From Trichodesmium erythraeum IMS101 (GTDB lineage: Bacteria > Cyanobacteriota > Cyanobacteriia > Cyanobacteriales > Microcoleaceae), in contig NC_008312.1 of the NCBI RefSeq assembly GCF_000014265.1, positions 7,410,001 to 7,442,000 of the forward strand: 32,000 nt of DNA. The letters are read 5' to 3'. The number at the start of each line of letters is the position of its first letter. The stretch's first letter is position 1. Below, one piece after another: positions 1-10,787 of this stretch. Under the pieces are notes generated by a model, which was given only the letters and a program-made list of their open reading frames with translations, had not been told where the DNA came from and ran no database searches. Made by a program: the position numbers and the translations under genes.

Positions 1-1290
1 GAAACCTACAAAGTGCTGAAGCAAAGAACTAAGACTTTGACTCTGGCTCTGCGACGAGAATCTATTTTGAATGAGGTAATGAGTGTGATTAGAGAATCAT
101 TGGATTACTCTGATATGTTATCGACAATAGTTAAAACAGTAGGACAAACTTTTACAGCAACAGAAGGAATCTTATGGCCAGTAGCAGGCGATCGCTTAAT
201 ATCTAAGCCTGTTTCTTATCAAAGCTCTGAAAATACCGAGAAAAACTTTCCCATCACTGAAGAATTGTTATTGCAAGTAGTAAAAAGTCGTCAAACCTAC
301 TTTGAAGAAGGTTCAAATAAAAATAGTTGCAAATTAATAGTCCCTCTGATTTACCAGCAAGATTTACTGGCAGTTTTAGCCCTTAATCAACAAAACAGTA
401 GTAATTTCTGGTCTGATGAAGATATAAAGTTTATAGAAAGTGTGTTAGAGCAAGGAGCTTTAGCATTGTCCCAAGCTAAACTATATCAGCGTACTAGGGA
501 ATTGGCTGAACAAATGCGTAATGAGCTAGAAGTAGCTCGTCAAATACAAAGCAACTTATTGCGTCAAAGTTGGCCAGATTTTGATAAGTTCAGGATACAG
601 GCTTGTTGCTATCCAGCTAGAGAAGTAGGAGGTGATTTTTTTGAAGTTTATACTCACCCTCAAGGGGAAATATGGTTAGCATTGGGAGATGTTTCGGGTA
701 AGGGAGTACCTGCTGCGTTATTCATGGCTAGTGCTATTTCTTTGATGCGACGAGAACTTTCTCAAGAAAATTCCCCAGAACCCTACGAAGTTATGCACAA
801 TCTTAACAGTAGTCTTTCAGACGATCTGATTAGCAGTAATTGCTTCATTACAATGGTTTTGGCTCGTTATACACCAGAAAATGGCTCATTAGCCTATGCT
901 AATGCTGGCCATATATATCCCTTGGTATGGTCTAAAAACCCATTGGTAAATACTGGAAACAAAGGTTCTGAGCAAGTACCAAATTTCCTTAAAGATCGTG
1001 GTATTCCTTTAGGAATATTGCCAATATGGAGAGGCAAAGCAGGTACTATAGAGTTAGATTCAGGAGATGTATTCCTTTTGACTAGTGATGGCATCACTGA
1101 AGCTACGGTAGTTCAAAAGGCTACTGATAGTGGGGAAGTAAGTCGTGTAATGTTGCAACAAGAAGGTTTATGGAAACTTCTCAAGGAACATAAAAGCCAA
1201 CTAGACCTGAATAGTTTATTGGCTTATATCCGAACTGATAATCAGGTTCAGGAAGATGACCAAACTATACTATCTCTGGAGGTTCTGTGA
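1..1290 (+). CDS. GAF domain / PP2C (SpoIIE, RsbU-type) serine phosphatase, 5'-partial
   Basis: The frame is open from the window edge, with no stop upstream of the GTG at 13. An N-terminal GAF-like region is followed by PP2C/SpoIIE motifs (REVGGDFFEV, LGDVSGKGVPAALFMA, YANAGH, LTSDGITEA). Stop at 1288-1290. Confidence 0.85.
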   Translation, partial: ETYKVLKQRTKTLTLALRRESILNEVMSVIRESLDYSDMLSTIVKTVGQTFTATEGILWPVAGDRLISKPVSYQSSENTEKNFPITEELLLQVVKSRQTYFEEGSNKNSCKLIVPLIYQQDLLAVLALNQQNSSNFWSDEDIKFIESVLEQGALALSQAKLYQRTRELAEQMRNELEVARQIQSNLLRQSWPDFDKFRIQACCYPAREVGGDFFEVYTHPQGEIWLALGDVSGKGVPAALFMASAISLMRRELSQENSPEPYEVMHNLNSSLSDDLISSNCFITMVLARYTPENGSLAYANAGHIYPLVWSKNPLVNTGNKGSEQVPNFLKDRGIPLGILPIWRGKAGTIELDSGDVFLLTSDGITEATVVQKATDSGEVSRVMLQQEGLWKLLKEHKSQLDLNSLLAYIRTDNQVQEDDQTILSLEVL

Positions 1291-1294
1291 ATTT

Positions 1295-1717
1295 ATGAAA
1301 ACTGAGCTTCAGGTGCCAAGTGATATAAATTTTTTGACTATTGTTGAAAATTGGTTATTAAGTAGTTTAGAAATAGAGCTAGGAAAACATATTGATTGGC
1401 CTCGTCAATCTAACCGTTTGCGTTTAGTATTGGCGGAGGCTTATTCCAATGTGATTCGTCATGCTCATAAAGACAAGCCACACTTACCTGTACTAATACG
1501 CTTAGAAATAAAAAACAATGATATTGCTTTAGAAATTTGGGACTATGGTCAAGGTTACCATACAGAGGATTATAACCCACCCACACCAGATGCTAAACAA
1601 GAAAGTGGTTATGGATGGTTAATTATGAATAGACTCATGGATAATGTAGAATATAGATTGCAAATAGATGGTAGAAACTGTTTAAAGTTGGAGGCAAGCA
1701 TACCAGAAGACATTTAA
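1295..1717 (+). CDS. anti-sigma regulatory factor-type Ser/Thr kinase (RsbW/SpoIIAB-like HATPase)
   Basis: ATG 1295 lies 5 nt after the upstream stop, with GGAGG about 13 nt upstream. HATPase boxes are present: EAYSNVIRHAH (N box), WDYGQGY (G1), GYGWLIMNRLMD (G2). The alternative start at 1256 in the ORF track overlaps the upstream gene and is less likely. Confidence 0.8.
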   Translation: MKTELQVPSDINFLTIVENWLLSSLEIELGKHIDWPRQSNRLRLVLAEAYSNVIRHAHKDKPHLPVLIRLEIKNNDIALEIWDYGQGYHTEDYNPPTPDAKQESGYGWLIMNRLMDNVEYRLQIDGRNCLKLEASIPEDI

Positions 1718-1910
1718 TAGGAGATTGGCCTGAAGTTTTAAAAATCTCTTGTAAGTGGAAAACTATCTCACTCAATGTAAGGGCTTCAGCCATTTATCTA
1801 AACATAGATTCCGATTTATAAATTCTCTATAAAATCTACCAGGGCAGATGTTTAAAGTCGAAAGAGTTAATGAAAATAATTGTATCCCCAATGTACACAT
1901 AGTTTTACTA

Positions 1911-3513
1911 GTGCAGGATGGCAGAAATAAGTGACCAGTAGAAGCGATGTATTCTTCCTGAGATAGAATACTCAGAAGTGTGATCGCCCTCGTAAAATAA
2001 ATAGTCAATAGCCAAGCTAAAAATGATCGGCATAGAGTTTGATGCTTGAGCCAGTATGAGCATAAATCTGAATCTGGTTAATCATCCTCGCTCAAACCCC
2101 TGAAATTTCCAGCAACAAGGTCTGGCTAGAGTACAGTTGAAATAGTCAATAAAATTTAGTATCTTCTACTTGAGCTCTGAGGTGGAAGAGAAACTACTAC
2201 GTCGGAGTCAACCCCCGGCCCAAATAGAGAACCAACACTCAATTTGATTCAGCCAAGAAGTATGTTTAGGGATATAAACAAAGCGAATCCGGTGAGACTC
2301 CTCAGACAAAAAAGCAGCACGAGTTACTATAGAGTCTCGAATACCTGATTTCTGTTTTACCCCCAAATCAGTCTGAATACCACAACATTGAGCCACTTGA
2401 CGGACTAATCATTCAGATTTATGAGTATTGAGTTGCTCTAATCCGAAAAATTCATCCTCCATCAGAATTCAGTATGGATAGTCTGTTCAATGTGTTGCAG
2501 AAAATCAACTTCTCTGGGGGTGGCCTTAATTGAAGGGGTAATGATTTGTCTTTTGGCTATGTGCCAGTTGGCCAGTAGACATTGAGTGCCTAGGGGAATG
2601 TACTCAAACTCATTGCGTTCGACTTGTCCTGGCTCTATTGGTTGAGTGGGGCCAATTCTCTCATTAGCTGGGATACTCGTCATTTTATCGGTACTAATCA
2701 GATGAATTCCTTTTTCGAGTAATTCTTGGTCCGACAGATATCACTTACAGATAGATTGAACCTGGTCGCGAAAAGCTACTGGGTCAGAGGGATTAGAGTT
2801 TAACCAGTAACGATGACCATGAGGTTGTAGAGTCTCTTCCTTTTAAAAAACGCCCCACACTACGGGGTGAAATCTTCTCCACAATCCTTCTATCTATGGT
2901 TTTTTCTGCTAGCTCCCTTGGAGTCTAATGACTCACTGGTCTTTGAGATTGTTTTGGGTCTTCACTGGCCTATGCTAAGATTTGGACCACTTGCTCCACG
3001 GAGAAAAATTTGGTTGTTCCTGGTCGGGGAGCATCACTGAGAATGTCTTCTGTCAGTGTCCTTAACTTCTTGTCGCTCACCTGTTGAGTTTCAGCAATTG
3101 CCAGTTGTTCAGAAGCCTCCAACGACCTTTTTCGCTACTGCCTCACTTGCCTTCTATGTAGTTTGTAGTTGTTCACTTATCGTTCTAATTTTGGTTCCAG
3201 AGGCCGCAGCTAGGATGAGTTTTACTCTTCTGACCAGGGGATAGGAATTGGTGGTCTGACTGGCTAGAACTTGCAGCAGGTTTTTCTGTCTAGGCGACAG
3301 GATTATGGATTGAGCTTTGGGGATAGGCATTCATTCATGGGGTTGACTAGGCTGATTGATTGGGCTTGCACAAATTCTAGTTGACTTCATAAATCACTTT
3401 TTTTAGTGGTCACTTTTTGGGGCTGGCCTCTCCGATGCGATCGCACCTCTGAGTATTCTATCTCAGGAAGAAGACATTGCTTCTACTGGTCACTTATTTC
3501 TGCCATCCTGCAC
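1911..3513 (-). mobile_element. IS630/Tc1-mariner-family insertion sequence with about 80-bp terminal inverted repeats, decayed
   Basis: 1908-1988 and 3437-3516 are reverse complements of each other (4-5 mismatches by eye). Both ends sit in a CTAG context, consistent with a TA duplication (1909-1910 / 3514-3515). The interior carries a broken IS630 transposase on the minus strand. Confidence 0.8.
2208..3330 (-). pseudogene. IS630-family DDE transposase, multiple stops and frameshifts
   Basis: Minus-strand reading from ATG 3330 gives MPIPKAQSIILSPRQKNLLQVLASQTTNSYPLVRRVKLILAAASGTKIRTISEQLQTT, then a stop. Later fragments (track ORFs 2462-2683 and 2208-2396) end in the IS630 tail FVYIPKHTSWLNQIECWFSIW. 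Confidence 0.75.
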
Positions 3514-3756
3514 TAGGAATAAAACTTCTTTAGATTCTCTTAATACATAAGCTTATAGCTGATGTATTAAGATAGGATCGGATTAAATAATAGGGCTTTC
3601 AAAAGCATTTTGATCAAGTCTTGATTTTTTTGCCATCATAATGAAAATACTTTTATCACATCAATTACTCCCAATTCCCAATTTGTTAAAATATTTCCAC
3701 AGTTAGGTCTCATGTAAGAAACCAGTTAAGTATTTGTAGTAATTTTTAGCAGATAA

Positions 3757-4683
3757 ATGAAATTATATATTAGTAGTAGTCAAATCAAACAAAAAGCGCT
3801 AGAAGTTGGATTTCATAAGGTTGGAATAACTTCAGCTAACAAATTGAGCTCAGAAATAAATAGATTACAAAGTTGGTTGAATAAGGGTTATCAGGCAGAT
3901 TTAGAATGGATGGCTAACCCTAAAAGACAGGATTTGAAGAAGGTGATGCCAGAGGTAAAGTCTGTTATTTGTGTGGCACTCAACTATTATACCCCACATA
4001 AACATTCTGAAAGTAGTGAGATTGGTAAAATTTCTCGTTATGGGTGGGGTAGAGATTATCATAAAGTAATGCACAAAAAGTTAAAATCTCTGGTAAACTG
4101 GCTGCAAGAGCAAGATCAAGAGATTTTAACTCGCTATTATGTAGATACTGGTCCTATTATGGAAAAACCATTAGCGGAGCAAGCTGGTGTGGGTTGGATA
4201 GCAAAAAATGGTAATCTAATTACTAGAGAATATGGTTCATGGGTGTTTTTGGGCGAAGTGCTAACGAACCTAGAGTTGACAAATGATCGCCCCCATACTG
4301 AACATTGTGGTAGTTGTACTCGTTGTCTTGAAGCTTGTCCTACTAATGCAATTGTAGAATCTTTTGTTATTGATGCCAATCTTTGTATTGCTTATCATAC
4401 AATTGAAAATAGAAATCCAAAACTCCCTGTACATATTAAGTCAAATTTAAAAGGATGGGTTGCAGGTTGTGATATTTGTCAAGATGTTTGTCCTTGGAAT
4501 CAAAGATTTGCTCAAGAGACAAATATTGATGAGTTTCAACCTTACCCTAATAATTTAGTACCTAAGTTAACAAAACTAGCAGAGATATCACAGGAAGATT
4601 GGAATAAGCAGTTTCCCGCCTCTGCATTGCGACGTATTAAGCCAGAAATGCTGCAACGAAATGCTCGTGCTAATCTTGAATAA
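3757..4683 (+). CDS. queG: epoxyqueuosine reductase QueG
   Basis: 308-aa ORF with two 4Fe-4S ferredoxin motifs (CGSCTRCLEACPTNAI, CDICQDVCPWN). The N-terminal DUF1730-like region and C-terminal tail are typical of QueG. Confidence 0.9.
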   Translation: MKLYISSSQIKQKALEVGFHKVGITSANKLSSEINRLQSWLNKGYQADLEWMANPKRQDLKKVMPEVKSVICVALNYYTPHKHSESSEIGKISRYGWGRDYHKVMHKKLKSLVNWLQEQDQEILTRYYVDTGPIMEKPLAEQAGVGWIAKNGNLITREYGSWVFLGEVLTNLELTNDRPHTEHCGSCTRCLEACPTNAIVESFVIDANLCIAYHTIENRNPKLPVHIKSNLKGWVAGCDICQDVCPWNQRFAQETNIDEFQPYPNNLVPKLTKLAEISQEDWNKQFPASALRRIKPEMLQRNARANLE

Positions 4684-4774
4684 ATATTACATTAAGTATC
4701 TACTCCAATTATTTTGGATTTATATTTGATCGGATATACTCCCAAAAAACTGCAATCACTCATAATAGAATTAA

Positions 4775-4948
4775 GTACAAATTAACAATTGTATTTTAAT
4801 CATTATTAAAATAATTATTTTTGATTGTGATGGTAGATTAGTAGATACTTTTGAGATGATTTTTGCTATCACAAATCGTTGCTCAGTTGAATTTAGTTAT
4901 AATCTAAATAATATTATAAAGAATAAATCACATAAATTTAAAAGTTAA
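4775..4948 (+). pseudogene. short relic of a HAD-superfamily hydrolase (N-terminal motif I only)
   Basis: A frame with no start codon reads ...KIIIFDCDGRLVDTFEMIFAITNRCSVEF... and stops at 4946-4948. FDCDGxLVDT is the HAD motif I (DxDGTLxDS). Only about 45 codons survive. Confidence 0.4.
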
Positions 4949-5167
4949 GCCCCCAGTAATTAATAAAGCAGTCAAGAATATCTATTTTTAAGGTACCTTT
5001 TTAACTGAGAATAATGAGAAGAGAGCTTCAAAAATAAATTAATAATGTAGGACTATCTGCTGGGATTTAATAAGTTTTGTTAGCCTTGAAACTTCAACAA
5101 TATAAAATAGGAATAATACAATTTATAAAAAAACTTTTCTACTTGGTACTTTGAGTAAGCTCCGGTG

Positions 5168-5455
5168 AAGGGGTAGTAGGTAGGGAGGTTACCTGAAATG
5201 TTCCTACAACATTTATAAAATTAACATTAACAAGAATCAACTAAGCAAAAAATTTTTTCTCTTTGTCCTAATTACTTAATAATTGAAGTCTTAGACCATT
5301 TTTTTAAACACGTTTCTAAATTTTATTGAGTAGGAAAGTAGGGAAGTAGGGTAGTAGAGTAGAAATAAACATAATAATTAACATTAACTTAGCTCAAGAG
5401 AGTAAAAAAGTTATTTTTTTATATTAATTATTTAATAACTGAAGTTTGACAAAAA
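5168..5455. repeat. two diverged copies of a roughly 160-bp direct repeat (GTAGG-rich head plus AT-rich body)
   Basis: 5168-5300 and 5329-5450 share GTAGG/GTAGGG octamer-like runs followed by ATAA(A/T)ATTAACATTAAC ... TTAATAA(T/C)TGAAGT. A similar GTAAAGTAAGAAAGTAGGGTA tract sits inside the left end of the IS at 7624. Confidence 0.4.
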
Positions 5456-5813
5456 GTTACCGTTACTTTATGGGAATTGGTATTATCTAAGTAGAATTAG
5501 CAGGTAGTGCGTCAGTAAAGTGTGGGATAAGTAATTAAGTCTTTCCAACTCCAAAGAGCGATCGCGTTCCTCAGCTCTTTGCGCAGCAGTATTTTCTTTG
5601 CGACTATGAACCCAAATCCAATTAAATTAGTCCCTTGCCAACCTTACTGTTACCTCAGTTTGTTGCCAGAGCTTGCCAAATTTATTCTCTCGGCGATGCT
5701 ATCGACCGAGCTGCTGTCTGATAATTCCATTTGTGCGTTCCAATTGCAGGGCAATGGTTTTTACGAATAATTTGTTCTATTACAGGGCAATACTCGTTCA
5801 TACCCTCCTCAAT

Positions 5814-7370
5814 AGATATCTCCAAAATAGAAAATAAGGTAAAATTATTAAAACTATTTATGTATACAGTCTCCCAAATGAATCCAACTTTAGAAAATAT
5901 TTATAATCATCCAAAAGAAACAAAAAAAATTATTGGTATTACTTATAAAAAGCTAATAAAATTAATAGAAAATGCCCCAACAATAGAATCATAAAAAAAG
6001 TCGGCGATCGCCAAAACAGAAAAAAGATTAATTAAAGCAGGTGGAGTCAGAAAAAAGAATTTAACAAAGGAAGAAGAAATAATTTTAAAATTATTTTATT
6101 TACATCAAATACCAAGTTTTCAAACATTAGGAATTAACTTTGGTATAAGTGAATCAAGTGCTAATAATATTTTTCATTACTGGATAGATATTTTCAGAGA
6201 ATTACTGCCAGCAAGTTTATTAGAACAAGTAAAAAAAAAGAAAATGAATAGGAATGAGTAAAGGAGATATTAACAGAATTAAAATTAATTGTAGATAATA
6301 CAGAACAAGGTATAGAAAGACCAAGTGAATATAAAAACTAAGAAAAATATCAAATATGAAAAAAGAAAAATCATACTTTTAAAAATCAAATAATAACGAT
6401 ACCAAAAGGAATAGAAATAGTGGATTTAATAGTAGGATAAAAATGTCCAGTAAGTGATATAAAAATATTAAGAAAATAACTGGATAAATTTGATAAAAAA
6501 CAAAAATTTTAAGGAGATAAAGCGGATGAATGAGTAGGAATAACTACTACACAAAAAAAGAAACCAATAAAAAAAGAAATGCCACCAAAAATCAAAGAAG
6601 AAAATCAAGAAAAAGCCAAAAAAAGAATATTTTTAGAACATGTAATAAGATTAATTAAAATATTTAGACTTCCTCGAAAAAGATTCAGACTAAAAAATAA
6701 TAATTATCAAAAAGTAATTTTAAAAATATGTAGTTTAGTGCGACTAATAATTGGCTAGTTTATTTTAGTAAAAAGTATCAAAAACAAAGAAAAGTTATAC
6801 TTTTAAAAATCAAATAATAACGATACCAAAAGGAACATAAATAGTGGATGTAATAGTAGGATAAAAAGGTCCAGTAAGTGATCTAAAAATATTAAGAAAA
6901 CAACTGGATAAATTTGATAAAAAACAAAAATTTTAAGGAGATAAAGCTGATGAAGGAGTAGGAAGAACTACTACACAAAAAAAGAAACCAATAAAAAAAG
7001 AAATGACACCAGAAATCAAAGAAGAAAATCAAGAAAAAGTAAAAAAAAAGAAGATTTGTAGAACATGTAATAAAATTAATTAAAATATTTAGACTTCCTC
7101 GAAAAAGATTCAGACTAAAAAATAATAATTATCAAAAAGTAATTTTAAAAATATGTAGTTTAGTGCGACTAAGAATTGGATAATTTATTTTAGTAAAAAT
7201 CATCAAAAACTGAGATAAAAATAATAAATCAAAGTCTAATAAATATTTGAATTAGTAACACGAAGTATCTCTGATACCCATAAAACTGTACAAATTAACT
7301 ATCTTCAAGGTGAGCTAACGCTCCACTAAAAATAGTTAGTATAAGCGTTTGAGTATTTTTGGAGATGTCT
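5814..7370 (+). mobile_element. heavily degenerate IS5-superfamily (Harbinger/ISL2-like) copy, called IS-A-deg1
   Basis: Termini AGATATCTCCAAAA ... TTTTTGGAGATGTCT are flanked by AAT (5811-5813 and 7371-7373). The copy is collinear with the intact element at 15704-16847 but riddled with stops. It contains an internal 424-bp tandem duplication. Confidence 0.75.
6373..7210 (+). repeat. 424-bp tandem duplication inside IS-A-deg1 covering the DDE-domain half
   Basis: ATACTTTTAAAAATCAAATAATAACGATACCAAAAGGA... recurs at 6373 and 6797. The two units stay collinear to ...GTGCGACTAA(T/G)AATTGG. Confidence 0.8.
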
Positions 7371-7677
7371 AATCATCAGTTAGCCATTTTTTACAGCTAG
7401 TTTTCCCTTCTGTGTTGATGAGCAATTCCTCAATGAACTGGTCAGTATGTTTACTGACTCTAGCACTCAGAATTAATCCACTGGATGAAGCCTAGGGGCT
7501 TGCCAACCCAAGAATACCCTTATCTCAATTCCTGATACTGGCACTGTTTTTGTTTTTTTGGACGAATGAGCAAAACTCATCACTGCTGATTTGTGAGGTA
7601 TTGATATTCTGGATATGAGCATTAGACTTGTCGCTTTATAAGGTAAAGTAAGAAAGTAGGGTATTTAAAATGGGACA

Positions 7678-9940
7678 ATGTTAGACATCAATCGGGTGCT
7701 AAAAGAAGACCGTCTATTAAGAGCATTGACTGGGCTAAACCGTAAAGCATTCGATGAATTATTACAAGCTTTTTGTGCCAAACTAAACTCGGAAGCGATC
7801 GCTACAATGCAAAAACCTCGACTACGAGAGATAGAAGGAGGGCGAAAAGCCCAATTGTTAGAGCCTAAAGACAAGCTATTTTTTATATTATTCTACAATA
7901 AAAGCTACCCTACCTTTGATGTGGCCGGATTATTGTTTGACCTACACCGCAGTCGAACACACCGTTGGATGTTAAGGCTACAACTACTGCAGGAGTTGGC
8001 ATTAGGCCGGAAGATGGCCTTGCCAGAACGTAAATTAGAGAGTAATTAGCAGTTCATAACTATGTTGACCTGTGTCAAAGAAGTGATAATTGATGGGACA
8101 GAGCGACCTATTCAAGGTCTAATAGAGCAACAGAAACAGAAAGATAATTACTCAGGTAAAAAAAAGCGCCACACTTCTTAACTTCTCTACCTTACAGATC
8201 GGGAGCGGCGAGTCCTAGTGCTATCAAAAGCAAGAGAGGGTAAGGTTAATGACAAACGGCAGTTGGATGAAGAGAAATTAGCAGATTTTTCCCGGATGAA
8301 GTGATAATTCATGTAGATTTAGACTTTCACGGGTTACAGAAGGAATTTGTCAACATAAAAATTCCCAAGAAAAAGCCGAAAGCAAAAGAATTGACAGAGC
8401 AAGACAAACAACTAAATAGAGAAAAAAGTAGTGTCCGCGTCAAATGTGAACACTTCATCAGGACTTACGCAAAGACACCATATATAGCGCATGACAATTT
8501 TGACGAACTTCACTATATTCACGTGCGTTAGCGGAGCTTTGCGTTAGCAATCGCCTAACTATTTTTATTCAAAAACCAATAGTAATTCAAGTCAAATAAC
8601 CTTCATTTTAATTGAAGGATGTTTCAATTGATCGGTTAGATATTTTGATCAATTACCGTGCTTAACTTGATAAATACTTTTGCCTATTTTAGAAGCAAAT
8701 CTTTTTAAGAAGTTCCACACGCTCCATTGCACAAGCAATATGATTCTTTTGAATTATTCGCAGACGACACTGACAAAATTCTAAACCTGTTAATTGCTTA
8801 ATTTATCTGTGAAATTCTTCGACTTTCCATCAAGTTTGAGATTCAAACTCGATATCATAAGAGTGATGATTGAGTTAAGTCATTAGTGACGATATATTCT
8901 GTTCTGTTAGCAGATACACCATTACCAAAATATTTTCACCTTTTTGCAGAGTGGAAACCCTTTAATTTTAATTATTTTTCCTGATTTTTTTTCAGCTTCA
9001 TTCCAATTTAAATCTTGAACTTTTTTGTATTTTTCGATCGCGACCTGTATCATCAACGCGCGCGATTACTTTTTAAAGGACAATAATAATTTTTTCTATC
9101 ATTATCTATTAATCCCATTAATCTTTGTGTTGCATACCAACTATCCATTAATACTGTTTTAAATGGTATTTTCTTATTATTTATAGCATTAAGCATCATT
9201 TCTTCAACACTCTTCTATTTTTGTTTTCTTATCAGTATCTGGGTCATAAATCCTATAATCTATAATCCATAATTGTTCATTCCTCGATTAAAATATATAC
9301 AATTAACTATTCCAAGACCCATGAACAACTTGATGAACCTATACCACTATATTGTCGTCGTGCAATCTCAATCTTATACCCATACTTTTTACTAATTACT
9401 GTGTCATCAAAAAATAAATAAGCTTCGGTATCACCAAACAAACTCTTCTTTTTCATGTGCGAAGCAAACATTTCGCCATAAATCTTCTGAGTTTAAAAAC
9501 TCTGTTCTTAAATAGCGATTTATTTGATCATGGCTAATATTTTCACTCTGGATTTGCTAGGTTTTTCATTGTAAAATTTGTGTGAGACTTAAGTAAATAT
9601 TGACGAGTTACAACAAAATTAAAATTTATATTTTTAACTAGAATAATCATGTCATTATTATCTAATAATCAAACATTTTTAGCAAATAAATTTAATATTT
9701 TGTAACCTTATTTTAATGGATGTTAAAAGTAATATTTATCCGAAAAAAACTAATTATAGTATTGACAATTTTATTTTGACAGTACGCTATATGTAGCGTA
9801 CCTGCGTAAGTCCTGTTCATATCAGGGGTAAAGAGATACAACGCAGTGAAAGCATAATCACAAATCACATTAAAGATTTAGACGATCGCTTGATGTTAAC
9901 TGCCGTAGGACTCTGGAATTTCTATCTAATGGCAGCATAA
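7678..9940 (+). pseudogene. Harbinger-type (DDE_Tnp_4) transposase, frameshifted and split by an insertion at 8459-9815
   Basis: ORF 7678-8049 is the HTH_Tnp_4-like N-terminus. It is followed by EVIIDGTERPIQ (first catalytic D), several stops, and VRVKCEHF. After the insertion it resumes as ISGVKRYNAVKA ... VGLWNFYLMAA, with the stop at 9938-9940. Confidence 0.7.
8459..9815 (-). mobile_element. IS4/IS701-type element (DDE_Tnp_1), heavily decayed, nested in the Harbinger-type IS
   Basis: Inverted termini CAGGACTTACGCA...ATATAGCG at 8459 and at 9815 (reverse complement). A 5-bp duplication TTCAT (8454-8458 / 9816-9820) restores the host reading frame (CEHF-ISGVK). The minus strand carries broken motifs LMDSWYATQRLMGLIDNDRKNYYCPLKSNR and W.VEEFHR.IKQLTGLEFCQCR..IQKNHIACA. 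Confidence 0.7.
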
Positions 9941-10787
9941 GTGGATGGGTAAAACCAGAATCTTGTTTTGCAATTTTACAGGATTTTATTTAGCGACAAG
10001 TCTATTATGTATGAATCATTTTTCCTTTTTCAGAGGCAGCTCTCACTAAACTAAGCTACCGTATTATAGGCTAAATTCACTGTTCGACTAATCCCTCTTA
10101 AAATACTGCCCTCAACGTTAGCCTCTAGAACCATGAGCATTTGTTCAGGTTAAATTGTTCTACAATAGTAGAGAGTGTCAAAAGTATCGGTGAAAGTTTA
10201 TAGGCATTCAGGACAATAATATCGTTGACAACATTACTAGTCTTTCCATGTTTATGAGTTTTCTGATGGGCAAATAGAGGACATTCCATAATAATAGAAA
10301 GTATTTAAGGACAACGATTATATTACCATTCCCACACTTTCGCACAGGCACTACCGAATAATGAAGTGTTTAAATGATTCGTTGAATCTTTATTGTTAAG
10401 CAATATCCATCTATGAGGTTTTTCACTACATCCCTCATGGAGTCTGATGACCAAAAGCTAAATGCTATAACCAGTCTTACTACTAATTTGGTTCGTAAAG
10501 ATCGTCTACGTTCCTCAGTAGTTTGAGTTTTGGCAATCGCCTCTTTTCTTGCCATAGTAGAAATTGCCCTTTCTATTGTCTTCAGCACTTTACGAACCTT
10601 ATATTATGATACATCAACCAGAAATGCTTCAGATTCGCCACACTTGATTCCTTTTTTGGGAACAATACCTAATTTACATGATTTTCAGCCTTAACTGAAC
10701 CGTATTGACTTATAAACTTGGGTTGATTTTTTTTGGGGAAAATGGTATAAAGCCAAAAGTATTTGTGAGGAGTGAGGGATTCTAATT

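Larger units (their letters stand above)
7624..10003 (+). mobile_element. IS5-superfamily Harbinger-type IS (HTH_Tnp_4 + DDE_Tnp_4), itself interrupted
   Basis: Perfect terminal inverted repeat AGACTTGTCGCT (7624) / AGCGACAAGTCT (to 10003), flanked by a 3-bp duplication ATT (7621-7623 / 10004-10006). Native length is about 1.02 kb once the nested element is removed. Confidence 0.8.
5483..10700 (-). pseudogene. IS1-like transposase remnant split into three blocks by two later IS insertions
   Basis: Minus-strand translation of 10007-10700, 7374-7620 and 5483-5810 gives the following, with many stops: GISRTVNLAYNTV (HTH-like); SSDEFCSFVQKKQKQ (compare IS1 InsB CDEMWSFVG in the copy at 13298); KKWLTDD; then LERTNGIIRQQLGR.HRRENKFGK ... 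TAAQRAEERDRSLELERL. The order matches IS1-type enzymes. The element ends are not defined. Confidence 0.4.

Noticed and set aside
894-1097. 67-aa minus-strand ORF inside the PP2C phosphatase gene. The same applies to 4137-4379 in queG, 11613-11795 in lpxD, 28050-28268 and 29180-29383 in the HerA-like gene, and 30445-30636 opposite psaK.
   Set aside because: These are antisense shadow ORFs fully overlapped by longer ORFs with clear domain motifs. They have no motifs of their own.
1772-2008. 78-aa minus-strand ORF, and the 62-aa plus-strand ORF at 3056-3244.
   Set aside because: The first runs across the left inverted repeat of the IS630 element. The second is antisense to the decayed transposase. 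Neither has a recognisable motif.
3539-3571. Perfect 10-bp-stem hairpin CTTAATACAT-N13-ATGTATTAAG just outside the IS630 right end, upstream of queG.
   Set aside because: It is AT-rich with no flanking U-run and no conservation evidence. I cannot assign a terminator or operator function from sequence alone.
10370-10588. 72-aa minus-strand ORF (MLKTIERAISTMARKEAIAKTQTTEERRRSL...).
   Set aside because: It uses a GTG start and has no motif I recognise. It lies in the decayed region attributed to the IS1-like remnant and may be part of that pseudogene or spurious.
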